A DNA stretch of 64,000 nucleotides from Adineta vaga (GCA_021613535.1 CP075497.1:13516001-13580000); one strand, 5' to 3'. Positions 13,422-26,699 are shown, counted from the stretch's first letter. Notes: generated by a model not told the origin, from the letters alone. Translations and numbers: made by a program.

Positions 13422-16362
13422 ATGGTGAATAATGAATTGCAATGTATGAAATGTGGTGTATTTAGTACTTTATTTATTGGTAAATCGTGTTATTTTTGTT
13501 GGTATGATTTCGATGCAAGTGATGATGAACGATTGAAAGAACAAGAAACAGAAATATTTCGTGAGAAATCTATTAATCAATGGTATAAAAAATTAAATAT
13601 CGATAGAGTAATGCTTTCATTTTGGTCTCCAATTACTCTAATGCATATTTTTCATGATTGTTTTCGATCTCAATCGACAACAACTGAAATGACTTTAAAA
13701 CTTGCAGCTGGAATATTTCCTGAAAGTGTTGCTTGGCTTAAACGTCTTATTAAAGGTACAGTTCCATGTATATTAACAACCGAAGAAGGACATCGAGTAT
13801 ATAAATTTGGTGCTGGAATTGATCGAACATCAATTTGGTATTATAAAAAAGATCATTGGTATTGGTCAACAGATTGGCCTGTAAATCAATGGATTCAATG
13901 TCCACTTCTTACTGTAACATTTGAACCATGGACAGGACAAATACCACGTGAAGATAATATATTCGTTATACTTTTTTTACATAAATATGCGCCTAATCCA
14001 TCATATACTGATTTAAAACTTGATCAAAAATTCCATCAAAATGTAGATTTTTTTTTATTATGTTTTTTTTTAGATTATTTCTATGAGTGATAAATTAATC
14101 TCAGTTGAAAAAGAAAATTTAGAAGATCTTACTATAATATTACTTGATCAAACTTCTAATGATCTTAATACAAAAACACGTATACGATGTATTATTAATT
14201 TTCTTAAAATATTTACTGATATAAATATTTGTCTTGATTATATTCATTCCATTCCTAATGAAAATATATTTATTATTGTATCTGGTCGATTAAGTTCTAT
14301 ATTAATATCATTAATTGAAGATTTACCACAAATTTTACATGTTTATATATTTTGTTACGATATACAAAAATATTCTTCGTTAAAATCAATAATTCAAGTA
14401 TTTAGTGATCAAGAATCATTATATAATCAACTTTCTAAAGATGCTAAACAATTTTATGCAACTCATTCGAACAAAAATTTCTTATACAACAGAAAAATGT
14501 TTACGTAATTTAACAAATGAAAGAGGTATATTTTTTGGTTTCGATTATTTATAACAGCCCTTCTTGATATACCACCATCCGATGAAGCTAAAGTAGATCT
14601 TCTTAAATTAGCTCGAAAATTCTATGTAGATAATGATCTTGAATTATTAAGAATTGATGATTTTGAAAAAACATACGAATCAATTGAAGCATTAAAATGG
14701 TATACAAGTGATTCATTTGCTTATCGATTATTAAATAAAGCAATTCGAACAGAAAATATTGATTTACTTTTTTCATGTCGATTTTTTATTCGTGATTTAC
14801 ATCAATAACTTCAATCATTACATAAACCATATATAGAACGTATTTATTCGTATGGTCTAGATAAATATAATGTGTATATCATGGACAATTAATGACTTTA
14901 GATGATTTTACAAAATTAAAAGATAATGTTGGAAAATTAATATCAATTAATTCATTTCTATCGACAAGTGTGAATTCTGATATTGCTTTAATTTATGCAG
15001 GGATAAAAAAACAAATCCAACAATGGAATCAGTACTTTTTCAAATTATAATCAATATTGATGAAAAATCAGATATATATCAACATCCGTTTGCTGATATT
15101 TCAGAATATAGTCTGTTTAAACAAGAACAAGAAGTGCTTTTTTCTTTGACTTCGATATTTCAAATCGAAGATATTAGTGAAAGATCGTAAGTAATTTAGT
15201 GTATCAGAATAATGATCTTTATTAATTCGTATTCTAGAGATAATGTGCGTGGTTAGTTAAAATGATATTCATTGAAAACATACCAGAAATAGAAGAAATA
15301 CATAAATTAAGTTCACATTTAGGAATTCGTCAAGATCAAACGACAAGTATGCTGTATCTTGTTGATCTTCTTTTCTTAATGAATGATCACAGTCGTGCAA
15401 AAGTTTTTTGTCAAAAGGCTTTAAGTGAAGCTCATGATAATTGGTCTCTCGCTCTTACATGTTACAATCAATTGGGTCGAGCATATGAACAAGAACCAGA
15501 ATTAGCACTATGGTCGTGTGAAAAAGCATTAGAACTTCAGTTACGATATAATCCAGCGGATCATCATACCTTGGCGTCAATATATAATAATATAGACCTT
15601 GTACATCTTCGACTTCAGTCTGATAAACAAGTGACAACTAATTACTATGAAAAAGCTTTAGAAATATGTATATCTATTCCTGATGAAAATGAGATAAAGT
15701 GGGATTTGTACGCTACTATTTTGAATAATCTGGCGACTTTTCAACTATATGACGATATTGATCTAGTTTTGGAAAAAGAACATCTTGCTCTCGATATTCG
15801 ATTAAAATATTTACCATTATCACATCCAGTAGTGGGAACAACGCACAGAATACTTGCCACTTTTTATTCACTAAAAGCTGAATACGATAAAGCATTCATT
15901 CATTTTAATGAAGCACTTCATATCAAACTTAAGTACTCGCCTAATAATGATTCATCAATATACCAATTATATCACGATATAAGTCTCAGTACTTTGTATA
16001 AAGGAGATTATGAGATCAATGCTGGACATGAAGCAGCTGCTAAAGTTAGTTATGAAACAGCACTTAAGTTTAGTTCTGATGCAATCGATCACCTATCATC
16101 GAATGAATTATCGACATCAACGAAGTATTCATTATTATGTTATTGTGTCAATATTTGTGGCGTCCTTTATACGCGACTTAACCGTTTCAATGATGCAATA
16201 GAATGCTTTAACAAATTAATTAACATTCTTAATCAACATTTACCAACTAACGATCCACTTCATATTGCATTCTTCAGAAATAGAGGCAGAGTTTTTACAT
16301 TACAAGGTAATCTAAACACTGGTATGGAATACTATGAAAATGCAATCAAATTTTGTAAATAG
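13422..16362 (+). pseudogene. Unknown N-terminal domain + ADP-ribosyltransferase + TPR gene, disrupted and 3'-truncated by the duplication junction
   Basis: ART motifs WYTSDSFAYRLLNKAIR, YHGQ, SINSFLSTS and EQEVLF lie in shifting frames with TAA at 14806-14808; TPR ORF 15262-16362 ends FCK* at the junction. Confidence 0.85.
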
Positions 16363-19300
16363 TACGATAAAATCGACCAAAGGATGTTTGTTTAAATAAA
16401 TAAATAAATTTTTCACTACATGAGTTATTCCTTTTAAAGAGAAAAACAAATTATAATATCTATATTAAAGTCATAAAACAGGTTTATTCATCTATTTTTG
16501 TTCATTTTTTTTCGTTAATCTTATTTTTGCAAAACTTTGACAGATATTTATTCTTATATGGTCGGATTGGGCATTGACTGCTCCATCGATCAACATAGTT
16601 TGTATCCCATATTTATTCCTTATTCTGATAGAAAAAATAAGAAATTTCGAGAAGAGGTCAAAATAAGTTTTTTTTCTTATGGAACTTTTGAAGTGTTATA
16701 GTTACGTAATTCTAGTAATTATGATTTACTGAGTAAATAAACATTCCTCTTTTTTATATAACTATAGATATATCATCTAATTCTCTCTCAAGCTATGCAT
16801 TTGAATTGAACTTATTCTTTAGATTGTCTATATATTTAAGAAATTCTTAACAGATTTTTTGAAAATTTTGTGAATTATTTTTTACGACTTGTTTCTACTT
16901 ATATATCATTGAATAGAATGAGAACTATTCTATTGATTGATGTGATTTCAGTATGGTTAAGCTTTAGGTTTTAGAGGTAAATTTCGGATTATGCGTTCGA
17001 AACTCAAAATACATATCAATGAAAAATGATCGAAATTTTAACAATAAAATAAAATAATTTCTTCAAATTCAAACCTGTTTTATCTGTTAGTTTTTATAAT
17101 TTCTCGTTTGATCAACCTCTTCAATTTGAAAATATTGTCGAATGAATCGATTTTATCTAGTCGGAGATATAAACTTGCAAAAGTAGCTTTTAACTTGTTT
17201 TAATAGTTTATCAATTCTGTAACTGAAGTATGAATAAGTAAATCAAATACAAACTATACAGATCGATAGAGTAGTCAATGATCTATCCAACCAGATAAGT
17301 TTACTTATTTCAAATTGATAAAATTTAATAATGTACTCTTAGAATCAATACTTGATATATATATATATATATATATAGTAGAAAATCAGTATTGCTGATC
17401 AAGAATATTCAATGAATATGAAATCATCTAATGTTAACATGTATTTTTTTATATTGAGAACGAAAAAATATTAATCGATATGAATATATCTTATACTTTT
17501 CAACTGTTTGATTTATCCTCTAATTTTAAAGCAGAAAATCCGTTCTAATGACCATGACTTCGAATATTGATAACGAAAGGATTAAAGACGATTTTTCAAT
17601 CATGTATATGTGAGTCGTTCTTCAAAGAAACAATAAACAATATTTCGTTATAACAAATACAAATAATATCTATCAAATACGATAAAGTTGATAAATGTAT
17701 TCGCAAAATCGATTCATTGATAGATAATAAGATTGTTCTTTTATTATTTGATCATATATTAATACCAAGAACACCACGCCACAACTAAAAATATCTTTCC
17801 GAACGTGAACCAAATGAATCAGAAAGATCACTAGAAAGATATTTGGATTTTACTGATCTAATGACGCTTATGCCAGATATTCAACGATCGGATCTGACGG
17901 TTATTGTCAACTGTTATATAGATAGGATTTTGTCATTTATATATAGAGAGGAGAAGGGTTTTTCGAGTTTACTCAAATTCTTCGAAATTGATCAAAAATA
18001 ATTTTTTCGATGTGATAAGCAAACACCATGTGTAATTACTCTGAATTACATTATTTTGTTTTTTCTATTGCATAAATTAAATAACAATACAAACAAGAAG
18101 ATTAGATTATTCGATTTATTTCATTTGATTTTTATTTAGAATATATTTTTCAAGAAATAAATTTGACTTCTTTCGAAAAACAGGACTCTTTTGTGTTTTT
18201 ATTTCATCATCAAATTGTCTATACAAAGCAAATCATATTGGTGTTTGAGAAAAATATTTATCTTTTATATTTATATTTGGATTATATTCGAATAATAGAC
18301 AAGTTTTAAGAATATAAATTGAATATTTTGTATTTGATATAATCGTGAAGATCATTTTGAATCTATAATGATAATATTAATCTTAAACTTTCTTTTTAAT
18401 TAATTATTTCACCAGACATGATCAATCTTTAGTGAAAAATTATCATCAAGCGAACGGTTAATTATATAATCAATCTTTTCTTTTACAATTGAAAAATAAA
18501 ATTCCTCTTTTTTACTTTTAATCATCTCGATTCTTTTCTTCAATATACTAAATGCATTAGAATGTACATATATTATATACTATATCGAAATCATAGAAAA
18601 ATCTTCATTTCAGAATATAATCTGTATTGTTGTATGTTGCATTTCCTATCACAATAAATATATTCTAAATAATATTTTCCTTTTGTTAATCTCTTTTCTA
18701 ATTCAATGAATATTAATAATGATTTATAATATGATAATTCAGGTAAATAATTAGGTAAAAATAAAAGGTCATTTTTCATTTTTTTTAATATAACATTTTT
18801 AATGTGTTGAAGATGACAAAAGACTTGACAAAATCTTTAATGTTCACTCACCCGAGTCATTCGATTCAAATATATTGACATATTTTATTATTCTCAATGA
18901 AACTTTGAATAAATTCAAAATTAAATATATAAATGTATCGAATATGATCGATACATAAATAAAGAGATTCTAATCGATACAATATATTATTAAATGTTTT
19001 GAAATCATATCTATTTCATATATCATTCATGTTCCTTTTACCAAAAATCAGTTTGAAATTACCTAAATTTATTCATAACATCGGATATCATCTCTGGGTC
19101 TTTGGTAAAATAAATGGATCTACTGTGGGAGTCGAGCTGACGAAATATTTTAATTGGAAATCAAACATTCTAATCATTGAATTACAGACGCCTATCAATG
19201 TGATTTCATCTATAACTATACCGTATAGTTTTACATGTATATCATATTAAGGTAAGTAAAAAGAAAAGAAAATATTTTCGTTCTCTGCATATAATCTTAC

Positions 19301-19368
19301 GTATTATTATTGAAGTGACTCATGTTTACATCATTTGTTTTTGAAATAAACAAACAAAAATTATATTT

Positions 19369-19439
19369 CGTCACTGCAGGGAATCGAATCCTGGTCTTCG
19401 GTTAGACAAACCGTGATACTACCATTGTAATACAATGGC
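19369..19439 (-). tRNA. tRNA-Asp(GTC)-like, duplicate copy
   Basis: Identical to 12404-12474. Confidence 0.6.
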
Positions 19440-19749
19440 TTATGTATTCTATGTTCGATAATTATAAACCTTTTGAGTGATAATATTTTCTTTACTTATG
19501 CTCACTCTATTCGTTGTTTTTCATGAGTCGAGAAAGAACACGTATGACTTAGTAACACAGTTAACATATCTTTGTTTTTCAACTTTCACTTTACAAGTAA
19601 TAACAACAGATAAATTGATCTTAGGAATATGTTTTACATTGAAATAGAAGAAATATGATCCGCGAAAAAAGTTATTTTTCTTCTGTACTGCACTTACACA
19701 TTGCATCATTAATCAATGTAATGATAGAAATATTATTCTAAAAAGTAAA

Positions 19750-19821
19750 TGCATCTACTGGGAATCGAACCCAGATATCTTGAGTGGTAGTCAAGTATTC
19801 TAGCCATTGAATTATAAATGC
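19750..19821 (-). tRNA. tRNA-Gly(ACC), duplicate copy
   Basis: Identical to 12785-12856. Confidence 0.85.
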
Positions 19822-20375
19822 TTATTTTATTTATTTACAGATGATTTACGGGTAAATGTAAAGTATGTCAAGAGTGAGAGCATTGACATATCTTCTGCAT
19901 TACAAATAAAATTGTTAGAAGAATGTATTCTATTTGTTTTTCTTTAAAAATGATTATATAGAAGAATTCAAAAATGAATGAAGAAAATTAATTAGTATAA
20001 GAAAGTAAAGTGTTTAAATGAGAAGTAAAGAAAGTATTTATCGAAGATATTTTGTTTTATCTTCTTTGCCGATTCATTTTTGTAATAAATCTTTGATAAT
20101 ATCATCAGTATTATCGGCTAATTGTCTGATGAACTTATTGAATACGTTAAATCAAAACACTCACACCCATATTATTCTTAGAACAGAAAGTTGTCTACTA
20201 TGATTTATTTCATCTAACTGTGGTACAAAAAGTTTTTTTTCACTTGCAATGAGTCAAAAGAGGAAGAAAGGAAAGTAATTTATTTTTTTTATATTGAATC
20301 ATCCTATACCTTATCTATATAAAGGTACAACGCTTACACTTACATGGGTTTTTCCTATCTACGAAAACAAAAAAT

Positions 20376-23300
20376 ATGGTGAATAATGAATTGCAATGTA
20401 TGAAATGTGGTGTATTTAGTACTTTATTTATTGGTAAATCGTGTTATTTTTGTTGGTATGATTTCGATGCAAGTGATGATGAACGATTGAAAGAACAAGA
20501 AACAGAAATATTTCGTGAGAAATCTATTAATCAATGGTATAAAAAATTAAATATCGATAGAGTAATGCTTTCATTTTGGTCTCCAATTACTCTAATGCAT
20601 ATTTTTCATGATTGTTTTCGATCTCAATCGACAACAACTGAAATGACTTTAAAACTTGCAGCTGGAATATTTCCTGAAAGTGTTGCTTGGCTTAAACGTC
20701 TTATTAAAGGTACAGTTCCATGTATATTAACAACCGAAGAAGGACATCGAGTATATAAATTTGGTGCTGGAATTGATCGAACATCAATTTGGTATTATAA
20801 AAAAGATCATTGGTATTGGTCAACAGATTGGCCTGTAAATCAATGGATTCAATGTCCACTTCTTACTGTAACATTTGAACCATGGACAGGACAAATACCA
20901 CGTGAAGATAATATATTCGTTATACTTTTTTTACATAAATATGCGCCTAATCCATCATATACTGATTTAAAACTTGATCAAAAATTCCATCAAAATGTAG
21001 ATTTTTTTTTATTATGTTTTTTTTTAGATTATTTCTATGAGTGATAAATTAATCTCAGTTGAAAAAGAAAATTTAGAAGATCTTACTATAATATTACTTG
21101 ATCAAACTTCTAATGATCTTAATACAAAAACACGTATACGATGTATTATTAATTTTCTTAAAATATTTACTGATATAAATATTTGTCTTGATTATATTCA
21201 TTCCATTCCTAATGAAAATATATTTATTATTGTATCTGGTCGATTAAGTTCTATATTAATATCATTAATTGAAGATTTACCACAAATTTTACATGTTTAT
21301 ATATTTTGTTACGATATACAAAAATATTCTTCGTTAAAATCAATAATTCAAGTATTTAGTGATCAAGAATCATTATATAATCAACTTTCTAAAGATGCTA
21401 AACAATTTTATGCAACTCATTCGAACAAAAATTTCTTATACAACAGAAAAATGTTTACGTAATTTAACAAATGAAAGAGGTATATTTTTTGGTTTCGATT
21501 ATTTATAACAGCCCTTCTTGATATACCACCATCCGATGAAGCTAAAGTAGATCTTCTTAAATTAGCTCGAAAATTCTATGTAGATAATGATCTTGAATTA
21601 TTAAGAATTGATGATTTTGAAAAAACATACGAATCAATTGAAGCATTAAAATGGTATACAAGTGATTCATTTGCTTATCGATTATTAAATAAAGCAATTC
21701 GAACAGAAAATATTGATTTACTTTTTTCATGTCGATTTTTTATTCGTGATTTACATCAATAACTTCAATCATTACATAAACCATATATAGAACGTATTTA
21801 TTCGTATGGTCTAGATAAATATAATGTGTATATCATGGACAATTAATGACTTTAGATGATTTTACAAAATTAAAAGATAATGTTGGAAAATTAATATCAA
21901 TTAATTCATTTCTATCGACAAGTGTGAATTCTGATATTGCTTTAATTTATGCAGGGATAAAAAAACAAATCCAACAATGGAATCAGTACTTTTTCAAATT
22001 ATAATCAATATTGATGAAAAATCAGATATATATCAACATCCGTTTGCTGATATTTCAGAATATAGTCTGTTTAAACAAGAACAAGAAGTGCTTTTTTCTT
22101 TGACTTCGATATTTCAAATCGAAGATATTAGTGAAAGATCGTAAGTAATTTAGTGTATCAGAATAATGATCTTTATTAATTCGTATTCTAGAGATAATGT
22201 GCGTGGTTAGTTAAAATGATATTCATTGAAAACATACCAGAAATAGAAGAAATACATAAATTAAGTTCACATTTAGGAATTCGTCAAGATCAAACGACAA
22301 GTATGCTGTATCTTGTTGATCTTCTTTTCTTAATGAATGATCACAGTCGTGCAAAAGTTTTTTGTCAAAAGGCTTTAAGTGAAGCTCATGATAATTGGTC
22401 TCTCGCTCTTACATGTTACAATCAATTGGGTCGAGCATATGAACAAGAACCAGAATTAGCACTATGGTCGTGTGAAAAAGCATTAGAACTTCAGTTACGA
22501 TATAATCCAGCGGATCATCATACCTTGGCGTCAATATATAATAATATAGACCTTGTACATCTTCGACTTCAGTCTGATAAACAAGTGACAACTAATTACT
22601 ATGAAAAAGCTTTAGAAATATGTATATCTATTCCTGATGAAAATGAGATAAAGTGGGATTTGTACGCTACTATTTTGAATAATCTGGCGACTTTTCAACT
22701 ATATGACGATATTGATCTAGTTTTGGAAAGAGAACATCTTGCTCTCGATATTCGATTAAAATATTTACCATTATCACATCCAGTAGTGGGAACAACGCAC
22801 AGAATACTTGCCACTTTTTATTCACTAAAAGCTGAATACGATAAAGCATTCATTCATTTTAATGAAGCACTTCATATCAAACTTAAGTACTCGCCTAATA
22901 ATGATTCATCAATATACCAATTATATCACGATATAAGTCTCAGTACTTTGTATAAAGGAGATTATGAGATCAATGCTGGACATGAAGCAGCTGCTAAAGT
23001 TAGTTATGAAACAGCACTTAAGTTTAGTTCTGATGCAATCGATCACCTATCATCGAATGAATTATCGACATCAACGAAGTATTCATTATTATGTTATTGT
23101 GTCAATATTTGTGGCGTCCTTTATACGCGACTTAACCGTTTCAATGATGCAATAGAATGCTTTAACAAATTAATTAACATTCTTAATCAACATTTACCAA
23201 CTAACGATCCACTTCATATTGCATTCTTCAGAAATAGAGGCAGAGTTTTTACATTACAAGGTAATCTAAACACTGGTATGGAATACTATGAAAATGCAAT

Positions 23301-23544
23301 CAAATTTTGTGATGAAATAGGTTTAAAGAATTCTTTTGAAAAAGCTCAAGTTTACTTAAATCTTGGAGAATGGTATGAACTTTCTGAACAAAGAGATTTA
23401 GGAATTGAATATTATGAAATGGCAATTGAACTCGGGAATAGACTTAAAAACCCAGGTCATCCACTTTTTCTACGGTGTAGAAAAGGTATAGAAAGACTGA
23501 AATCAACAGCCATTGTACAAGTCGAAGAAGCTTCTTGGCTTTAA
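20376..23544 (+). pseudogene. ART-TPR gene, full-length copy with the same ART-domain lesions
   Basis: Same frameshifts, TAA at 21760-21762; TPR ORF 22216-23544 (442 aa) is open to its natural stop. Confidence 0.85.
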
Positions 23545-23592
23545 TAAACTTATTCTTTTGTATTATTATATAATATCGATAAGAGTTATCTT

Positions 23593-23659
23593 GAGGGTGG
23601 GTGTGGGTATATGAGTGGCAGAAGGATTAATACTCGTGCGCACACCCTCACCCTCACCC
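23593..23659. repeat. Mini-element with head-to-head telomere-type repeats (locus B)
   Basis: GAGGGTGGGTGTGGGT - ATATGAGTGGCAGAAGGATTAATACTCGTGCG - CACACCCTCACCCTCACCC; reverse complement matches locus C including the spacer. Confidence 0.8.
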
Positions 23660-23689
23660 GTTTGAACGGACACATAACCATGCCTCCAC

Positions 23690-24715
23690 AACTTACGAGA
23701 GTATATAGTTCAGCTCTTGTATTCAATGATAATATTAATCAATGTATTACTATTAATCCTTATTTAAATATGAGTTATCAAAGTTTTATTTAGGAATTCT
23801 GGATTTATCCGACAACAGCATCATTGATTGATCAATGTTTAATATTGATGACTAAGAATAATTTAATTTTCAAATAATAGTCTAATTTGGTTTTACAAAT
23901 ATTCCTACAAATAAATGGTCTCATATGGCATTTGTTTTTGATAAAACATCAAATAAAAAATTGATTTATCTTAATGAAATTTTAAAAACGACTCAAATTG
24001 TAAATGTATCTCTTCAAGTAACTTCTACTACTAGGACATTTGTTTGTCGAAAGAGTCAGAATGGTAGTTCTTATAAATATCCTTTTATTGAATATATGGA
24101 TCAAGTATTATATAATTCTCGAAAGAAAAATATCAGTGAAATTCTTGATGATGCTACACTTGTTGTTTACTTTCATTTTCTTTCTGACACACCATTGTTG
24201 GATTCTGATGGTCCTAATTATATAAATGGAAGTTGGGGTGGTGATGCGATATCAATACCTTCAGACATTGTTAATGAAGCAATACATTTTTCTAATAATG
24301 GATCTTATTTTCAAGTTACAGGTCTTGTTCTATTGGGCACTTCGAATTATAGTCTTTCTCATTATCTATTTGGTTTAAAATAAATTCATTGCATTGGTGG
24401 TAATACTATATCAGATGATGATTGGTGCATTCGATTCATGGGATTAATAGCTAGTGGAGCACTGGAAATACAAATATATAAAGGTGTTAATACTCTAATC
24501 ACGGGGCCAATTATGCCTATTGATGTTTGGAATCATTTTGTTTATACATTTTTTCATTAAATTCATTTCGGTTAAGGAAGGTTAATTGATTAATATTTGT
24601 TTTGTTCATCATTTCCTAATAAACAATTCTATGGAATGAAAGTATGGATGAAATGCGATTATATTCACGTAAATTATCTACAAGTGAAGTTTTAAAATTA
24701 TATTCAAATCGATAA
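23690..24715 (+). pseudogene. LamG/concanavalin-like jellyroll gene remnant
   Basis: NPYLNMSYQSFI*EFWIYPT, DATLVVYFHF..LLDSDGPNYING, VNEAIHFSNNGSYFQVTG, WNHFVYTF and MDE.RLYSR fragments with stops and frameshifts. Confidence 0.6.
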
Positions 24716-25225
24716 TTAAATTATATCATCAATAATAATTATCTGCCTTGTCAATTTGTTTTCTGTTACAAATATAATAAATACCAACACGTGCAAAAAT
24801 AAATTCTTTCATTCAATTCGTAGAATAATATAACTTTGTGCACAAAAAAACAAAACATTGTTTTTGATGATCGATAGATGATTTATTTTTATTGGTATAA
24901 TAATAAATCTTTCTTCTAAACTCATGCAATAACATATCTTGATCTTGTATATATCTTTCAGATGAGAAACATGTCTGCTATATTTCTCTGACAACTTACA
25001 ATCTAATCATATTTTGGAATTTTACTGATGAGTTTGAATTTATTCGAAATTTATCTGTCAAATATCTTCAGCGAAAACGATATACGTCTTAAATAGCTTA
25101 TTTTGACATTTATTTTATTTAGTAGAATACATAAAATGTTGAAAAAAATTTATTGACTCGTAATAAAGCCAGAACGCTGATATAAAAGGACAAGAAATTC
25201 AGACAGTTAGTACAAAATCAATAAG

Positions 25226-25798
25226 ATGCGTTTATTAACAGTATGTGTAATGTTCTGCTCAATGATGATTTTAATTGATGCTACTGTTGTAGATGTGGCG
25301 TCTGATTGTTCAAAATATGGAATCAAATCACCACAATGTATTAGTTCTTCTGCGCAATATCTCTATAATGTTTTTATTGGTATAGCTGGATGGAGTGGAG
25401 GTACACGAACAAAGAATGCTTTTGGTGGACAATGTACAGGTGAATATGATGGAGGTTGGCATAATTGGCAGTGGAAATATGACGCAAGTGTGATCTGTCC
25501 ACATGTTTCCAGTTCTATTAGGGGATATTCCACGAAACATAAAAGTCGTGATGGTGCCATTAATGGTGCGATGCATGATTATACGACAAAAGTTACTCAA
25601 ACTGGTCTACTGACTTCTCGACACATAGCGTCATACAATTTAGGATATCTACTTCCCGAAACCACAACTACTACCACAAATTTTCCTCAATCATTATCAT
25701 CACATTCTTTTCAAACGAATAAAGCGCAACAATTGGCATTAAGCTATACCATGATTATTACACTGCTGATAGTATTAATATTCTTATTTGGAGAGTAA
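25226..25798 (+). CDS. Anti-lipopolysaccharide-factor (ALF)-like protein with C-terminal membrane/GPI anchor
   Basis: Signal peptide; C-x20-CP loop followed by IRG.S...SRDGA...A..DY..K....GLLT as in ALFs; Thr/Ser linker; hydrophobic C-terminus. TATAAAAG at ~25181. Confidence 0.7.
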   Translation: MRLLTVCVMFCSMMILIDATVVDVASDCSKYGIKSPQCISSSAQYLYNVFIGIAGWSGGTRTKNAFGGQCTGEYDGGWHNWQWKYDASVICPHVSSSIRGYSTKHKSRDGAINGAMHDYTTKVTQTGLLTSRHIASYNLGYLLPETTTTTTNFPQSLSSHSFQTNKAQQLALSYTMIITLLIVLIFLFGE

Positions 25799-26219
25799 AT
25801 GAGGATGATGATGTAGATACCACGTTTTAATGTTGTTTTAAGTAATAAAATTATTTCTATACCAGATATCTTACATCGAAACATCTCTTCAGAATGAAAA
25901 TAATTACCGAATTCGAACTATTGATGGTCAGTACAGGGTTTTTTACGCATTGAATTGATCAAATTTCGAATGGAATTTTGTCTATATATATATATATATA
26001 TATGTTTTATATCTCTTCATATATTAACATTATTAACAGATGTAGAAAAGTGTTAGTTATTGATGAATATATTAGTTCAGTTAAAACTCTATACAAGATG
26101 GTATATGTAAACGAGAATATGTCATTTATTATAGTTTTTATACAATTTCTTCATAGATTACACCATGAAAATGCATCTACGTACATTTTCTCTTTTTCTT
26201 GTTTTTTTTTGAAATAACA

Positions 26220-26690
26220 ATATAATTTATACAAGTACTGGTTTCATCAGGATCTGAAGGCCAGAACATCCATTCCAGGTCATTTACAAATATCCTACAG
26301 TAAGTTACATAGAATTATATCTTCATCAGGGTGAGGATGAATAGGTACGATTACAATCAAATGACTTAATGCATATAAGCAATTGACATCTAATAATACA
26401 TCTAAATAGTTCATGCATTTGAGCAATCGATGGAAATTGATTTAAATATACATTATAATAACCATGTTTTCGACTAAAATAATCAGCCAATTTAGCGAAA
26501 TCGATCATTTCACCTTGTTCAAAATATTGACTAACAGCTAGATCAAGTTTAATAAGATTGAGGGTTGGACAACTTTTCGATCGGTGAGACAAATGCTAAA
26601 GTCAAGCGGAAAAATAAGATCTAAATAAAAAATGTTAACTTCATACAGACCGATGTTCACCAACAAAATCTCTAATGAGAAAACTTCCCT
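26220..26690 (-). pseudogene. Exon fragments of an unidentified gene, cut by the adjacent insertion
   Basis: Coding-like segments (DLAVSQYFEQGEMIDFAKLADYF.., IFVNDLEWMFWPSDPDET) separated by intron-like gaps; no family recognised. Confidence 0.3.
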
Positions 26691-26699
26691 ATCTCGTTG

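Larger units (their letters stand above)
9388..16356 (+). repeat. Tandem segmental duplication, copy 1 (~6.97 kb)
   Basis: GTAAATAGTACGATAAAATCG at 9388 recurs at 16355; paired ORFs are offset by 6967, 6965 and 6954 bp. Confidence 0.97.
16355..23310 (+). repeat. Tandem segmental duplication, copy 2
   Basis: Nearly identical to 9388-16356; identity ends at CAAATTTTGT (23310), after which the TPR ORF continues only in this copy. Confidence 0.97.

Noticed and set aside
25024-25060. CTGATGA...GAAA hammerhead-like string (also CTGATGA at ~31892)
   Set aside because: No convincing stem I or stem II at 25024; no GAAA at 31892.
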